Source of the DNA: a virus
Taxonomy: Duplodnaviria; Caudoviricetes
Virus record (IMG/VR): IMGVR_UViG_3300032218_002011
Coordinates: 1-38,488 of that record
Direction: 5' to 3' (one strand)
DNA length: 38,488 nucleotides
Shown here: positions 1-9,382 of the stretch, piece by piece
How the letters are laid out: each line of letters opens with the position of its first letter
Position numbering within the stretch: position 1 is the first letter of the stretch
Made by a program: the position numbers and the translations under genes
Notes under the pieces: model-generated
Databases searched by the model: none
What the model was told of the DNA's origin: nothing
The model's input: the letters and a program-made list of their open reading frames with translations, nothing else

Positions 1-258
1 AGACCATTTTTGTTCTGTAATAATAAAAACAGGAAGAATTCCTTTTTTCTGAGCATCAACCGCAGTTTTTACCAACGCAGTAGTCTTTCCTGTATCTGAG
101 TGACCTAAGAACATATTTAAATGCCCTATAGCAGGTCCTGGTAATCCAACGGCGTCCAAAAAGTCGTTACCCAAATCAAAAAATCTTTGTGGTTTATATT
201 TTGCAGATGTTGAGAACTTATCTTTAATCGATTTAAAATCGTTTTTCTTGATTGCCAT
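1..258 (-). CDS. uvsX: RecA/UvsX-family recombinase, 5' part only (runs off the window start)
   Basis: Not in the ORF track. Manual translation from ATG at 258 gives MAIKKNDFKS...LDAVGLPGPAIGHLNMFLGHSDTGKTTALVKTAVDAQKKGILPVFIITEQKWS, with a Walker A motif (GHSDTGKT) and RecA-like AQKKG..VFI.TE. It lies downstream of the SSB gene. Confidence 0.88.
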   Translation of the reverse strand, partial: MAIKKNDFKSIKDKFSTSAKYKPQRFFDLGNDFLDAVGLPGPAIGHLNMFLGHSDTGKTTALVKTAVDAQKKGILPVFIITEQKWS

Positions 259-790
259 TTTTAATTATTTTATTTAAGTATTTTATATGTTTTTCTTTAG
301 TGTCCAAAATTTCACCATCAATAGTATTGTATTTCATACTTTCAGGATTGTAAATCATATGTCTATGTAAGAGATTGTGGTCTTTAACATTTAACTCTAT
401 AACATCTAACCAATCTTCTTGACTATAAGACCAATGATGTAGATGAATACCTTTGACTTTAGTTAAAAAAATTTCAGTATATTTTGACGCCAAATATTTT
501 TCAGGATATTTTTGTCTGTATTTTTTTATAGTTTCTTTCTTAACTTCAGTTGTTGGTTTCCATTTACCCCTATAATCTAATCTATAATATCTGTCTCTAT
601 TCCTTTTACGTTCTTTTTCTAACCAATCAGAATCTAATTTTAACTCTTTTTGTCGATTATTTACGTCATTTTTAGTGCAAATTTTACATTTATTTAAATG
701 CCCATCAGGCATTGCTTTATGTTTGTAAAACTCATTTAGTGGTAATATTTTACCACATTTAAAACATTTTTTAATAACATTTTCCTCCAT
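233..790 (-). CDS. Free-standing HNH-type homing endonuclease with N-terminal CxxC zinc finger
   Basis: CFKC...EFYKHKAMPDGHLNKCKIC zinc finger and C-terminal HLHHWSY...HNLLH. The track starts it at TTG 820; ATG 790 (MEEN) is preferred because a TATTTAT motif lies at 808-814. It overlaps the recA start by 26 nt. Confidence 0.7.
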   Translation of the reverse strand: MEENVIKKCFKCGKILPLNEFYKHKAMPDGHLNKCKICTKNDVNNRQKELKLDSDWLEKERKRNRDRYYRLDYRGKWKPTTEVKKETIKKYRQKYPEKYLASKYTEIFLTKVKGIHLHHWSYSQEDWLDVIELNVKDHNLLHRHMIYNPESMKYNTIDGEILDTKEKHIKYLNKIIKNGNQEKRF

Positions 791-860
791 AATAATATCT
801 TTTATATATAAATATTTCAAGATAGTTAAAAAGGTAGGAAAATGTTATTTAGTTGCCATT

Positions 861-1712
861 CTAAAAGGGCATATCTTCATCGGGTTCTGCATTCGCTTGT
901 GGGTCTTTGTATGATGAAGCACTTGAACCTCCACCCATACTCATTTCTTCAGAAGAAGAATCACTATAAACATAACCCCCTTTGTCAGAATCCCAACGTG
1001 GAGTTTCTCCTCGTGCAATAGCTTCTAAATAATCAGTAGGTTTTTTAGAGTAAACATCTCTCCAAGTTAATTCATCATTAACCCAAGCTTCTGATTGTAC
1101 CTTATCTTCATGTAATGGTTGAACGTCATCGTACATAATAGTTTGGATGATAGTATAATCTTTACCTTTAGGTGTTTTAGCTTTAGCCAACTCGATGATT
1201 AAATCACGACCCTTTTCAGCGTCAGTAACATCTCCTTTATTTCTCCAAATAGGAATGATTTTATCCAACACACCTTCATTTTTGTAGTTGTGTTTGAAAC
1301 GCCAAAATTTAACACCGTCTTCAGGTTTATCTCTGTCGATTACTTTAACAATGTAAAATTTACGTGGTTTGTATTGTTTTGCAAGTTCTTTGTCAGACTC
1401 TTTACCTGTTGAGGTAAGTTCTTCGTGAACTTCGCTTAATGGGGAACGTTCGTTATCGTTCTTTGCCGGGTCATATAGTTTATTCCATTGACCACCAACT
1501 TGCATTTCGTGAAACCAAGCCTCAACAAATGGTGAACTACCATCTTTTGTAGGAAGGATACGAATGCGTTTTTGTGCGGAGTTTTGTCCTTGTGGAAGGA
1601 TAGCGGCGAAGTATTTCTTCATACGCTCGTCCATAGACATTTTGTTGGAGTTTCCTCCTGACTGTTGTGATTTCTCGTACTGAGCTAAGACAGAATCTAA
1701 TGTAGACATCAT
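861..1712 (-). CDS. gp32: T4 gp32-like single-stranded DNA-binding protein
   Basis: RIRILP..PFVEAWFH, YIVKVIDRD, D...GRDLII motifs and an acidic tail ending EPDEDMPF; near the recombinase. Confidence 0.8.
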   Translation of the reverse strand: MMSTLDSVLAQYEKSQQSGGNSNKMSMDERMKKYFAAILPQGQNSAQKRIRILPTKDGSSPFVEAWFHEMQVGGQWNKLYDPAKNDNERSPLSEVHEELTSTGKESDKELAKQYKPRKFYIVKVIDRDKPEDGVKFWRFKHNYKNEGVLDKIIPIWRNKGDVTDAEKGRDLIIELAKAKTPKGKDYTIIQTIMYDDVQPLHEDKVQSEAWVNDELTWRDVYSKKPTDYLEAIARGETPRWDSDKGGYVYSDSSSEEMSMGGGSSASSYKDPQANAEPDEDMPF

Positions 1713-1751
1713 AATAATTGTTTTTAAAAATTTAAGTTATTTGTATCCCTA

Positions 1752-1780
1752 AATATAAACCCAATTACCTATTTTGTCAA
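1752..1780 (-). promoter_or_regulatory. Sigma70-type (early) promoter for the SSB/HNH/recA unit
   Basis: Minus strand reads TTGACA-N17-TATATT, about 40 nt upstream of the SSB ATG. Confidence 0.75.
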
Positions 1781-1781
1781 A

Positions 1782-2453
1782 TTAAAAACCAAATTTCTTT
1801 TTCTCTAATTCAGGACTAAAAGAGTTTTTAATTTCTGACGGTGTAAAATTTTCAACATCATCACTAGTTAAAATATACTCATTTTTACCCGACTTTTCCA
1901 TCTCAGGTTCTTTATCAATAAAGAAGTCGCTTAGTTTTTGATTATAAGGTCCCGAATCTAAACTTCTTAGTTCTAATTTTTCTTCAGGAGTCTTAGTTCT
2001 ATACTTCTCAATTTTATCTTCTAAAGAATTAATTTTATTAACAAGGTTATCCATCTCACCTAATTTAGACTCTAATTTTTCTAAGTGTCCAAATAATTGA
2101 CCAAAATAATCATCTTGTTTTTTTTCCATACCTTTTTGACTATCAACCAATTCGGTGATATCTAATTCTTCACTATCTTCACCTTCACCTTTTTCTTCAG
2201 ATTCTCCTTCTGAGTCAATTTTTTCAACATCAGGGTCATTCTCAACGTCTAACGGTTCAGACTCTCCTGTTGCTGGTGGAGGTGTTACTCCTCCTTCAGG
2301 TGCAGGTGGAGGTGTTACTCCTCCTTCAGGTGCTGGCGGTACACCTCCTTCGGGTGCCGGAGGTGGTTCAGGTAATTCCTCTTGTTCTAAGATATAATTA
2401 TTAATACTTTTATATCTACTAATTTCTTCTATGATTTTTTTATCGATTGACAT
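1782..2453 (-). CDS. Acidic, Pro-rich coiled-coil protein (possible head-internal or scaffold-like protein)
   Basis: 223 aa with an IIEE..ILEQ leader, PPPAPEGGV(T) repeats, an acidic linker and a heptad-like C-terminal half. Confidence 0.6.
   Translation of the reverse strand: MSIDKKIIEEISRYKSINNYILEQEELPEPPPAPEGGVPPAPEGGVTPPPAPEGGVTPPPATGESEPLDVENDPDVEKIDSEGESEEKGEGEDSEELDITELVDSQKGMEKKQDDYFGQLFGHLEKLESKLGEMDNLVNKINSLEDKIEKYRTKTPEEKLELRSLDSGPYNQKLSDFFIDKEPEMEKSGKNEYILTSDDVENFTPSEIKNSFSPELEKKKFGF
2270..2372 (-). repeat. Intragenic ~27-30 bp tandem repeat encoding PPPAPEGGV(T), about 3.5 copies
   Basis: Plus strand repeats ggtggaggtgttactcctccttcaggtgc twice, with degenerate flanking copies. 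Confidence 0.9.
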
Positions 2454-2457
2454 ATTC

Positions 2458-2682
2458 TTATCCGTTTAATAATTGTTTTACACCTGTTAAGGTTTCAACT
2501 TGAATTTTTTTATTTTTATTCATTGTATTGTCTACTCTTTCTATTAAACCGTCTTTCATTCTAATAGTGTAACAATCCCCTGTATCTAAGTCACAAACTT
2601 GTTTAGAACCATCACCCATATCTTTTTCGGTGGTTCTAGTTTGTTTACCTAAATAATTATCTAAAATTAATTTTGCGTTCAT
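2458..2682 (-). CDS. Small hypothetical protein (74 aa)
   Basis: ATG start, TATTTAT motif 12 nt upstream, 4 nt gap to the next gene. Confidence 0.75.
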   Translation of the reverse strand: MNAKLILDNYLGKQTRTTEKDMGDGSKQVCDLDTGDCYTIRMKDGLIERVDNTMNKNKKIQVETLTGVKQLLNG

Positions 2683-2727
2683 AATCTTTTTATTATAAAT
2701 ATCTTCATTTAATTAAAATTACACATT

Positions 2728-5700
2728 TTAATATATCCCTAACACTTTTGCTAAAGTCATTGCACTTTCAACACTTGCTAAATAATTCTTATATGTTATA
2801 TCATTATTTGTTTTAAAATCATTAAATTCCGCAATAGTCCAAGTACTATGGTTAAATTTCCTAAACCAATTCTCTAAAATATTTTCGGCAGAAATTGACA
2901 CGTTTCCTGATACAGGTCCCCATTTAGCTTCCAAAAACTTATACATCTTTTCATCAGTTTCAAATATTGCAAATGGAGATGAAACACCATTACTACCTTT
3001 TTGACATAAATATTCTTTAGTAAAATAGTTTTTTAAACCTCCCGGCCAATTATAATTCAATACCGCCCCACAATAATTGTTGTTCCAACAAACAAAATCG
3101 TTTCCTTGGTACGATTGTAAATAAATCGTAATAAACGCCAATAATCTATTAACCGTAGGATTTGACCCTCCATTAATATGACTCTTAATTCCTGTCGCAA
3201 GTGTTTGAGAATTCATTCTTGTTTCTTTTTGAGTCGCAGGAATATACCCCGTAAATGAAGATGATAACGTACCGCTACAGTTTTGGGAATTATCTATTAC
3301 AAAAGTATTCACACCAGGTTGTCTATTTGTGGTAGGATTAGAATTACCGGATTGTGGTTGTCCCGTGCTATTAGTACTAACATTTTGTTTTAACTTATCA
3401 TTAAACCCTGCAAACAAACTCTTAGTTAATGTTTGCATATAATTATCCAACTTAGGTAACGCAAAAACTTGTTGTCTCATTCCTGTAAATCTTGTTTCAA
3501 ATTTACCAGGAGTTATATTATGTTTAACCTCCATTATATAGTAAGGTCCGTAAAACATTGGGACATATCTTAAATTATAGTACATCGTAGGTTGTATCAT
3601 TACATTACCTAAACAAGTCACTTCTGACTTATATGACCTTTTTTTATAAAAATTCCATAATGAGACATTTTGAGTCGCACTTTGTCTACCATTAGCTTGG
3701 TTAATCATATTATCCATCTGAGTTAATGATTCCGCAGTTTGTTTACCTAAATCTTGTGAGACATTAAAGTCTTTAAATATATTTTGGTTTCTAACTCCGA
3801 TGTCAACATTAAATCCAACAACTCTGTTTGACAATCCCCAATCGGTTTTACCGTCGAGTTTATCTGTTAATGGGTTTTCACTACTTCTTCTCATTTCAAA
3901 GGCATCACTCTTGTATTTTGAATTATCGTTCTTTTCCATATTAAGATGTTCACTTGGTTCTGCCGCGTAAGTACAAACTAATTTAGGAGTGGCGCTTCTC
4001 GTATCAACATTTAAAAAGGTACCAAATAAATTATTGGCAAAATCTAACGAACCTTCAATTTTAGGAACGTTTTCTTTTTGAACTTCTTGAACGTTATAAT
4101 AATTAATGTAGGCCGGGCTCATCATACATATGAAATGATGAACATCTAATATAGATTCTAAATAACTATATACGTTTCCTGAACTTTCTCCAGCACTTTT
4201 CAAAATATTTTTAGTCTTAAACGGGTCAATGAATATTAAATCCCCAATATTTCTATTTGCTCTATCCATTAATAAAACATCTTCCATAAAAGTTGTTTGA
4301 GTGTAATCGTACCCCGCAACCCAAGTATCGTTTAAAGCTTTAAAACTTTCCCATAATTCTAATTTTGTTTGTTCACCTTGTAAGGCGGATACATCTGTCT
4401 TTTCCTTAACTTCAACAATATCAGGTAAATTTTTCTGTATTTTTTGGAATAACGAATTTAAAACTAAATCAGTAAATTTTTGATTAGTATCGGTATATGT
4501 CTTTAACGCTGATTTAAATTTTAACATATTAAATGTTGGGTCATTCTTCTTATAAGTTGAATATATTTTGATTAACGGGGCTAATTGTTTAACCGAATCA
4601 GGCATAAACTCTATGTTCATATCAATAAAGAAATCGGTAATAGTTGAGCCTGTTCTACTATATTCCATTCCCGGTATTGTTGAGAACCCTACATAAGTTT
4701 GTAAATCTTTCCAAGATTGTGGGTGTGATGTTGTGTACGCGGAAAATGGTATAGTATTTCCTGTATTCACAATACTTGGTAATGACCCTTGGATATATGG
4801 GTTAAATGTTATTTTATCCTCAAGAAATTTACTATCTATAAAACTGTCATATAAACGTCTATCATATCCCGAAGGATTTGAGTATTTTATAACAACATCA
4901 TATTCTAAGAAGTTTAAAATGGTGCTCATAACTTTTGTAAACTGAGCTTCTTGTATGTTTTTAACTATAGTTTCCGAATCGTTTCCATTAGTTGGCACGA
5001 TAGTTAACATTTCCTTCATTAATAGTTGAAAGTTTTTGTATGTCGCATTCTTATCTAAAGCCAAATTATCAATTTGTACTCTTGTTAATATTAAGTCATC
5101 AACCTGTTGTACTTCATAATCGTACATTGATTTTGAAAACTTTAAAAACTCATTTTCCATTGAGTCTAACACCTCTTTATCAAAAACTGAGAACATCTCT
5201 TCAATATTAGTATATCCGCTATATTCGTTTAATGAGAATGATTCTTGTTGAGAACTTCCTGTTAATACTGTTTTCATATAATGAGCCGGTGATGGAATAT
5301 CAATCCTATCGTTATCAAAATACCCGTAATTAGATAATGACCATAAAGACCTAACCGAACCATTAAAAACAGATGGATTAGACTTAATTGATTGTGTTAG
5401 TTTTCCCGCACTGTTAAAACATTCTGAATATGATTGATTAACATTGTTTGGTATTCCCCAAGAAGGTAAGACGTATTGTTTAGAATCTTTTTTATCTATC
5501 AAAGTACAACTCCAAGGTTTAAATCTTAAAATATCCGTAATATCTGAAGGGTCGTATCCTGCGGGTTTTTCAAAAGCCGACTTATCATTAAATGTTAATG
5601 TAAACCCACCATTAGTGTCGTTTAACTGAGTTTGAATATCCGAATCAGTATACCCCGTGAATAAGTCATATCCTCTACAAAATAAATTAAAATCATTAAC

Positions 5701-8700
5701 AACTTTAGGGTAAAATCCAACGTTAATTTCTGATAAAGTATTACCACCAATACCATTAACTTTTTGTACTGTAATTAATTGAGGACTGCCGCTAACAGTT
5801 AAATTATAAACTTTATTTGGGTCCAAAGTAACCGGGTCAAAGTTTTTGGTAGTGTCAAAATCAGTCCAAGAATTTTGTAAAATATCAGAACCACTTTCAA
5901 CCCATACTTTATATCTGTACCATATTGACCCATATTTTAAAATCCAAGCATAAGGTAATTTATGAATCGCTCCGAATTTCTTAAGAGTAGCAAATATATA
6001 ATCTAAATCAGTTGTATTACCACCATCATATGTTTTAAATTTCTCTCTTAAGGTCGCCAATGGTAAACTATTTAACAACAAAAAGGCGGAAGAAGTATAT
6101 GGATGAGTATTTCCCGTTAACCAATTAGTAACCCCCTCTTGTATTGAATTAACAAAATAAGGTGTATTCATAATCGATGTCGATTGAAAATCCGTAACAT
6201 TACCGCTATAGTTTTTATAAAAAACCCCTCCCTCTGTTGGTAGGTAGTCTTTATCTTCCCTATCCATATAAAACGAATCAAGTGTTAATGAATTAGGGGT
6301 TGGTTGTGTTGCATCATAAAAATTAAAATTAGTAATTGGTCTTTTAGTTTTTTTACCATCTTGTGGTGTAAAACTTGCAACCATTTTTTTATCCAAATTA
6401 ACTTTTAAAGTTTTTGTTGTATTATAAATTTCATTTTGATTAGACGCATTACCATTAGCCAAATTGTCTTTAAACCAATTAGTAATACTAAAAGGAGAAC
6501 TGTCTGTAAAAGTTGGAACATTAGTTTCTGTACTTCCAAGGTAGGTTGACAACTTACCTAATTGTGTCGGCTCAACTTGTACGATATTGTTTCCTGGCGC
6601 AACAACAGATTCATCCATAATAACAAAACTATTATCAACTTCTTGCTGGATGTAATTTGTAACAAACTCGTCTCTTATATATTTTTGCCAACTTTCTCCC
6701 TGACCATTGTTAGATATTGCCGCCAAAAATGGTACAAAGTTTGCTGAAGTGAATCCATATTTTTTTAATTTTTGAATAAGATATGGTGAGTCCGTTGATA
6801 ACGATTTTTGTATATTTAAAAATTCAGATTCCGCAATTAAATCAGAAATCTGATTTTCGGCACCGGGTCTCATATATCTTTGATAATTTGCCGACAAGAA
6901 AACTCTTTCCCAAATCTCATATAAAAATTTAGATTCTTGTTTGTTAGCAAAAATAACATTGTTGGTTGGGAAATCTAAAGCATTTAAAGACACTCTATTA
7001 ACCACCTGAGCTTCATTAGTCGTTGACCCCGGGTCTCCACTAAAATTTGCAATAAGAGTTTTACCTTTAATAAATTCTTCAACAAATTGTATCTCAGGCC
7101 AAACATTATAAAGGTATCCCTTTGTTTTTGAAACTACTTTTGGGTCACCAGGATAGGTTAATTCAAATTTCTCACCTTTCTCATCATTAGTTTCCACAAA
7201 ATACTGAGGCCAAGGATAAATTGGAATTAAATTACCTTTTGAAGTTTGTACAGAATTTTTAGCATCGGTAGATGAAACTGTTTTATCATTTCCGAGTACC
7301 GCTTGTATTCTATATTTATTATCCCTTTCATTCCATGCGGATTCATGAACATCACACATTAATCTAATAAACCCTTCAGAACTTGCAAGTATTACCGCTA
7401 TAATATTTTTAATTGACGGTTTAAACCCTAAACCACCTTCTTTACTTTGTAATCTTTCTGATAAAACCTCGGCTAATTTGTTTTGAATTTCAGTTATTTT
7501 AGAGTTAAGTAAATTTTGCATATCCTCAACCATTTTAGTGAATGAATTTGGACCTTCAAAATAATACCAATACCAAACTTTCTGACCATTTTGAGTTCCT
7601 GATGAATTAAAGACAGGTTGTATGGCGGTTTTAAAAACTTGTAACTCGTCAGGAGTTGGTCGTTTACCAATTCTTTCAAAATACGTTTCCTCTAAATCTA
7701 AATTATCGGGATTAATGTTTTGCGGAACAAAATTATTATAGGTTATATTATTAGGAATCTCAGATGGAAATTCTTTACCTTTAATTTTATATTTACCTCC
7801 CGTACCAAAAGTTTTATTTTGAGCTAGTTTTAGTTTATACCCTTCAACATATTGCGTTTTTAATTCTCCAATAGCTTTATTTTCATCACCATTTTGTCTA
7901 ACAGTTTCTTTAAATGTATATAATTTTCTACCTGTGTTTTTCTCAATAAAGAAATTTTTGTCATCAAGGTATTTTGAAAACCATGACTCTCCTTGATAAA
8001 AGAATACGTCACCTTCAAAACTATTTAATAGACTTTGATAATTTTGAGCATCAGTTAATGGTGCCATATCAGCCTCAGTAAAAGTATTTGCAATATATGT
8101 TTCAAGATTACCTAATCTTACAATTAATTCAGGCAATGTAATTTCAGGGAAATCCTCATCAACTAAACCTTTTGCTTTATACTCAGAATATACTTCTTTT
8201 ATTTTTAATAACCCTTTTGATGTAGTTTTTTGAGTAACATCTTTAGTCCCTGAGCCTACTTGGTTTTGTGCCGATTGTGCCGAAACCGTGTTGGTTGGAC
8301 TAATAGTATACTTTGTCATGTACATATAAGGTAACGCTAACAAATGTCTAATAGGTAATTGTGTTAAAATATTGTATTTGTAAGCATAAAACTTAACGGT
8401 GATTTTAAAATTACCACTACTTGTATCAAATCTAGCATTAAATGTTCTTAACGCTAATTGATATTTTATCGCTTTACCGTAATAACCTTTAACGGTTAAG
8501 TAAAATAATGGATATGGGTAATTAAAGAATACTGCGTATGGCGAATTTTCTCCTTGTTCAAATAACGCTCTTCCTCTAATGTCTTCCATCTCAATGGTTA
8601 CTTCAGGTGAAAAATTTAAATTGGTATCAATATTAATTTGAGTAATACCTAATAATTCAGTATCAATCGCCTTTCCATCACTTTGTGCAATGTATGCGTC

Positions 8701-9069
8701 ACTAGGTTTATCGGATTTACTAATTGAATTTTTGTCGTCAACCCATTTGTTAATATCTCTACCCGATATCTTATCTAAACCTGAAATATCGTCATAATAT
8801 TCGTTAGTTAAAAAAGTCTTATCACCAGGTTTTAAAAAATTAATCTTGGCAATTGAGATTGTTTCCGCACCATAATTTCCATTACTACCAACAGATAATC
8901 TTGTTCTTGGGAATAAAACACACTCTAAATTAGCATAGAATACTAAATCTTCGTGTCTAACTTGTCTTTCTTTGACAACTCCTTGGCTATTAATAGTTTT
9001 ATTTGGGTCGACTAACACAATATTTTGGTAGTCAAACTCAACTAAAACATTTTCATCATTACCTACCAT
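2728..9069 (-). CDS. Giant baseplate hub protein (gp27/GpD-like fold) with a C-terminal lysozyme-like domain
   Basis: 2113 aa. N-terminal LGITQINI..PEVTIEMEDIRG; hub-type C-terminal motif SEVTCLGN..IQP....GPYYIMEVKHNITPGKFETRFTG; it sits in the baseplate cluster. Confidence 0.65.
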   Translation of the reverse strand: MVGNDENVLVEFDYQNIVLVDPNKTINSQGVVKERQVRHEDLVFYANLECVLFPRTRLSVGSNGNYGAETISIAKINFLKPGDKTFLTNEYYDDISGLDKISGRDINKWVDDKNSISKSDKPSDAYIAQSDGKAIDTELLGITQINIDTNLNFSPEVTIEMEDIRGRALFEQGENSPYAVFFNYPYPLFYLTVKGYYGKAIKYQLALRTFNARFDTSSGNFKITVKFYAYKYNILTQLPIRHLLALPYMYMTKYTISPTNTVSAQSAQNQVGSGTKDVTQKTTSKGLLKIKEVYSEYKAKGLVDEDFPEITLPELIVRLGNLETYIANTFTEADMAPLTDAQNYQSLLNSFEGDVFFYQGESWFSKYLDDKNFFIEKNTGRKLYTFKETVRQNGDENKAIGELKTQYVEGYKLKLAQNKTFGTGGKYKIKGKEFPSEIPNNITYNNFVPQNINPDNLDLEETYFERIGKRPTPDELQVFKTAIQPVFNSSGTQNGQKVWYWYYFEGPNSFTKMVEDMQNLLNSKITEIQNKLAEVLSERLQSKEGGLGFKPSIKNIIAVILASSEGFIRLMCDVHESAWNERDNKYRIQAVLGNDKTVSSTDAKNSVQTSKGNLIPIYPWPQYFVETNDEKGEKFELTYPGDPKVVSKTKGYLYNVWPEIQFVEEFIKGKTLIANFSGDPGSTTNEAQVVNRVSLNALDFPTNNVIFANKQESKFLYEIWERVFLSANYQRYMRPGAENQISDLIAESEFLNIQKSLSTDSPYLIQKLKKYGFTSANFVPFLAAISNNGQGESWQKYIRDEFVTNYIQQEVDNSFVIMDESVVAPGNNIVQVEPTQLGKLSTYLGSTETNVPTFTDSSPFSITNWFKDNLANGNASNQNEIYNTTKTLKVNLDKKMVASFTPQDGKKTKRPITNFNFYDATQPTPNSLTLDSFYMDREDKDYLPTEGGVFYKNYSGNVTDFQSTSIMNTPYFVNSIQEGVTNWLTGNTHPYTSSAFLLLNSLPLATLREKFKTYDGGNTTDLDYIFATLKKFGAIHKLPYAWILKYGSIWYRYKVWVESGSDILQNSWTDFDTTKNFDPVTLDPNKVYNLTVSGSPQLITVQKVNGIGGNTLSEINVGFYPKVVNDFNLFCRGYDLFTGYTDSDIQTQLNDTNGGFTLTFNDKSAFEKPAGYDPSDITDILRFKPWSCTLIDKKDSKQYVLPSWGIPNNVNQSYSECFNSAGKLTQSIKSNPSVFNGSVRSLWSLSNYGYFDNDRIDIPSPAHYMKTVLTGSSQQESFSLNEYSGYTNIEEMFSVFDKEVLDSMENEFLKFSKSMYDYEVQQVDDLILTRVQIDNLALDKNATYKNFQLLMKEMLTIVPTNGNDSETIVKNIQEAQFTKVMSTILNFLEYDVVIKYSNPSGYDRRLYDSFIDSKFLEDKITFNPYIQGSLPSIVNTGNTIPFSAYTTSHPQSWKDLQTYVGFSTIPGMEYSRTGSTITDFFIDMNIEFMPDSVKQLAPLIKIYSTYKKNDPTFNMLKFKSALKTYTDTNQKFTDLVLNSLFQKIQKNLPDIVEVKEKTDVSALQGEQTKLELWESFKALNDTWVAGYDYTQTTFMEDVLLMDRANRNIGDLIFIDPFKTKNILKSAGESSGNVYSYLESILDVHHFICMMSPAYINYYNVQEVQKENVPKIEGSLDFANNLFGTFLNVDTRSATPKLVCTYAAEPSEHLNMEKNDNSKYKSDAFEMRRSSENPLTDKLDGKTDWGLSNRVVGFNVDIGVRNQNIFKDFNVSQDLGKQTAESLTQMDNMINQANGRQSATQNVSLWNFYKKRSYKSEVTCLGNVMIQPTMYYNLRYVPMFYGPYYIMEVKHNITPGKFETRFTGMRQQVFALPKLDNYMQTLTKSLFAGFNDKLKQNVSTNSTGQPQSGNSNPTTNRQPGVNTFVIDNSQNCSGTLSSSFTGYIPATQKETRMNSQTLATGIKSHINGGSNPTVNRLLAFITIYLQSYQGNDFVCWNNNYCGAVLNYNWPGGLKNYFTKEYLCQKGSNGVSSPFAIFETDEKMYKFLEAKWGPVSGNVSISAENILENWFRKFNHSTWTIAEFNDFKTNNDITYKNYLASVESAMTLAKVLGIY

Positions 9070-9382
9070 AATAAAAGAAATAATTATTTAATTCTGATTC
9101 GTAATCTTGGACAGACGCTACTAATGGGAATGGGATTGTTAATAACCCACCATCAGGAATACTCCATTCCAAACCTCCATACTCAGGGTTTGCCGCCAAG
9201 ATTAACCACCCAAAAAACGGTGTACCATAATAATCTTGACTAATTTTATCTAACCTAGAAATACCGGCTTTATAAAAATACCTTTGGTCTGACGCTTTTG
9301 AAGGCATCTTAACAAATGGGACAACTGTTTGTTCTCCATTTATTAAAAAATTAGTATATCTATTAAAATATAAATTTGCCAT
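9059..9382 (-). CDS. Baseplate wedge protein, gp53/LysM (tail X)-like
   Basis: RLDKISQDYYGTPFFGWLILAANP...LTIP is the typical pattern; it overlaps both neighbours. Confidence 0.75.
   Translation of the reverse strand: MANLYFNRYTNFLINGEQTVVPFVKMPSKASDQRYFYKAGISRLDKISQDYYGTPFFGWLILAANPEYGGLEWSIPDGGLLTIPFPLVASVQDYESELNNYFFYYGR

Noticed and set aside
259-860. Group I intron between the MATK mini-ORF and recA
   Set aside because: The interval is almost entirely HNH coding sequence, leaving no room for a ribozyme core, and recA has its own intact start.
2270-2372. CRISPR-like 30-bp repeats
   Set aside because: Head-to-tail, in-frame coding repeats with no spacers; the same applies to the 171-bp repeats.
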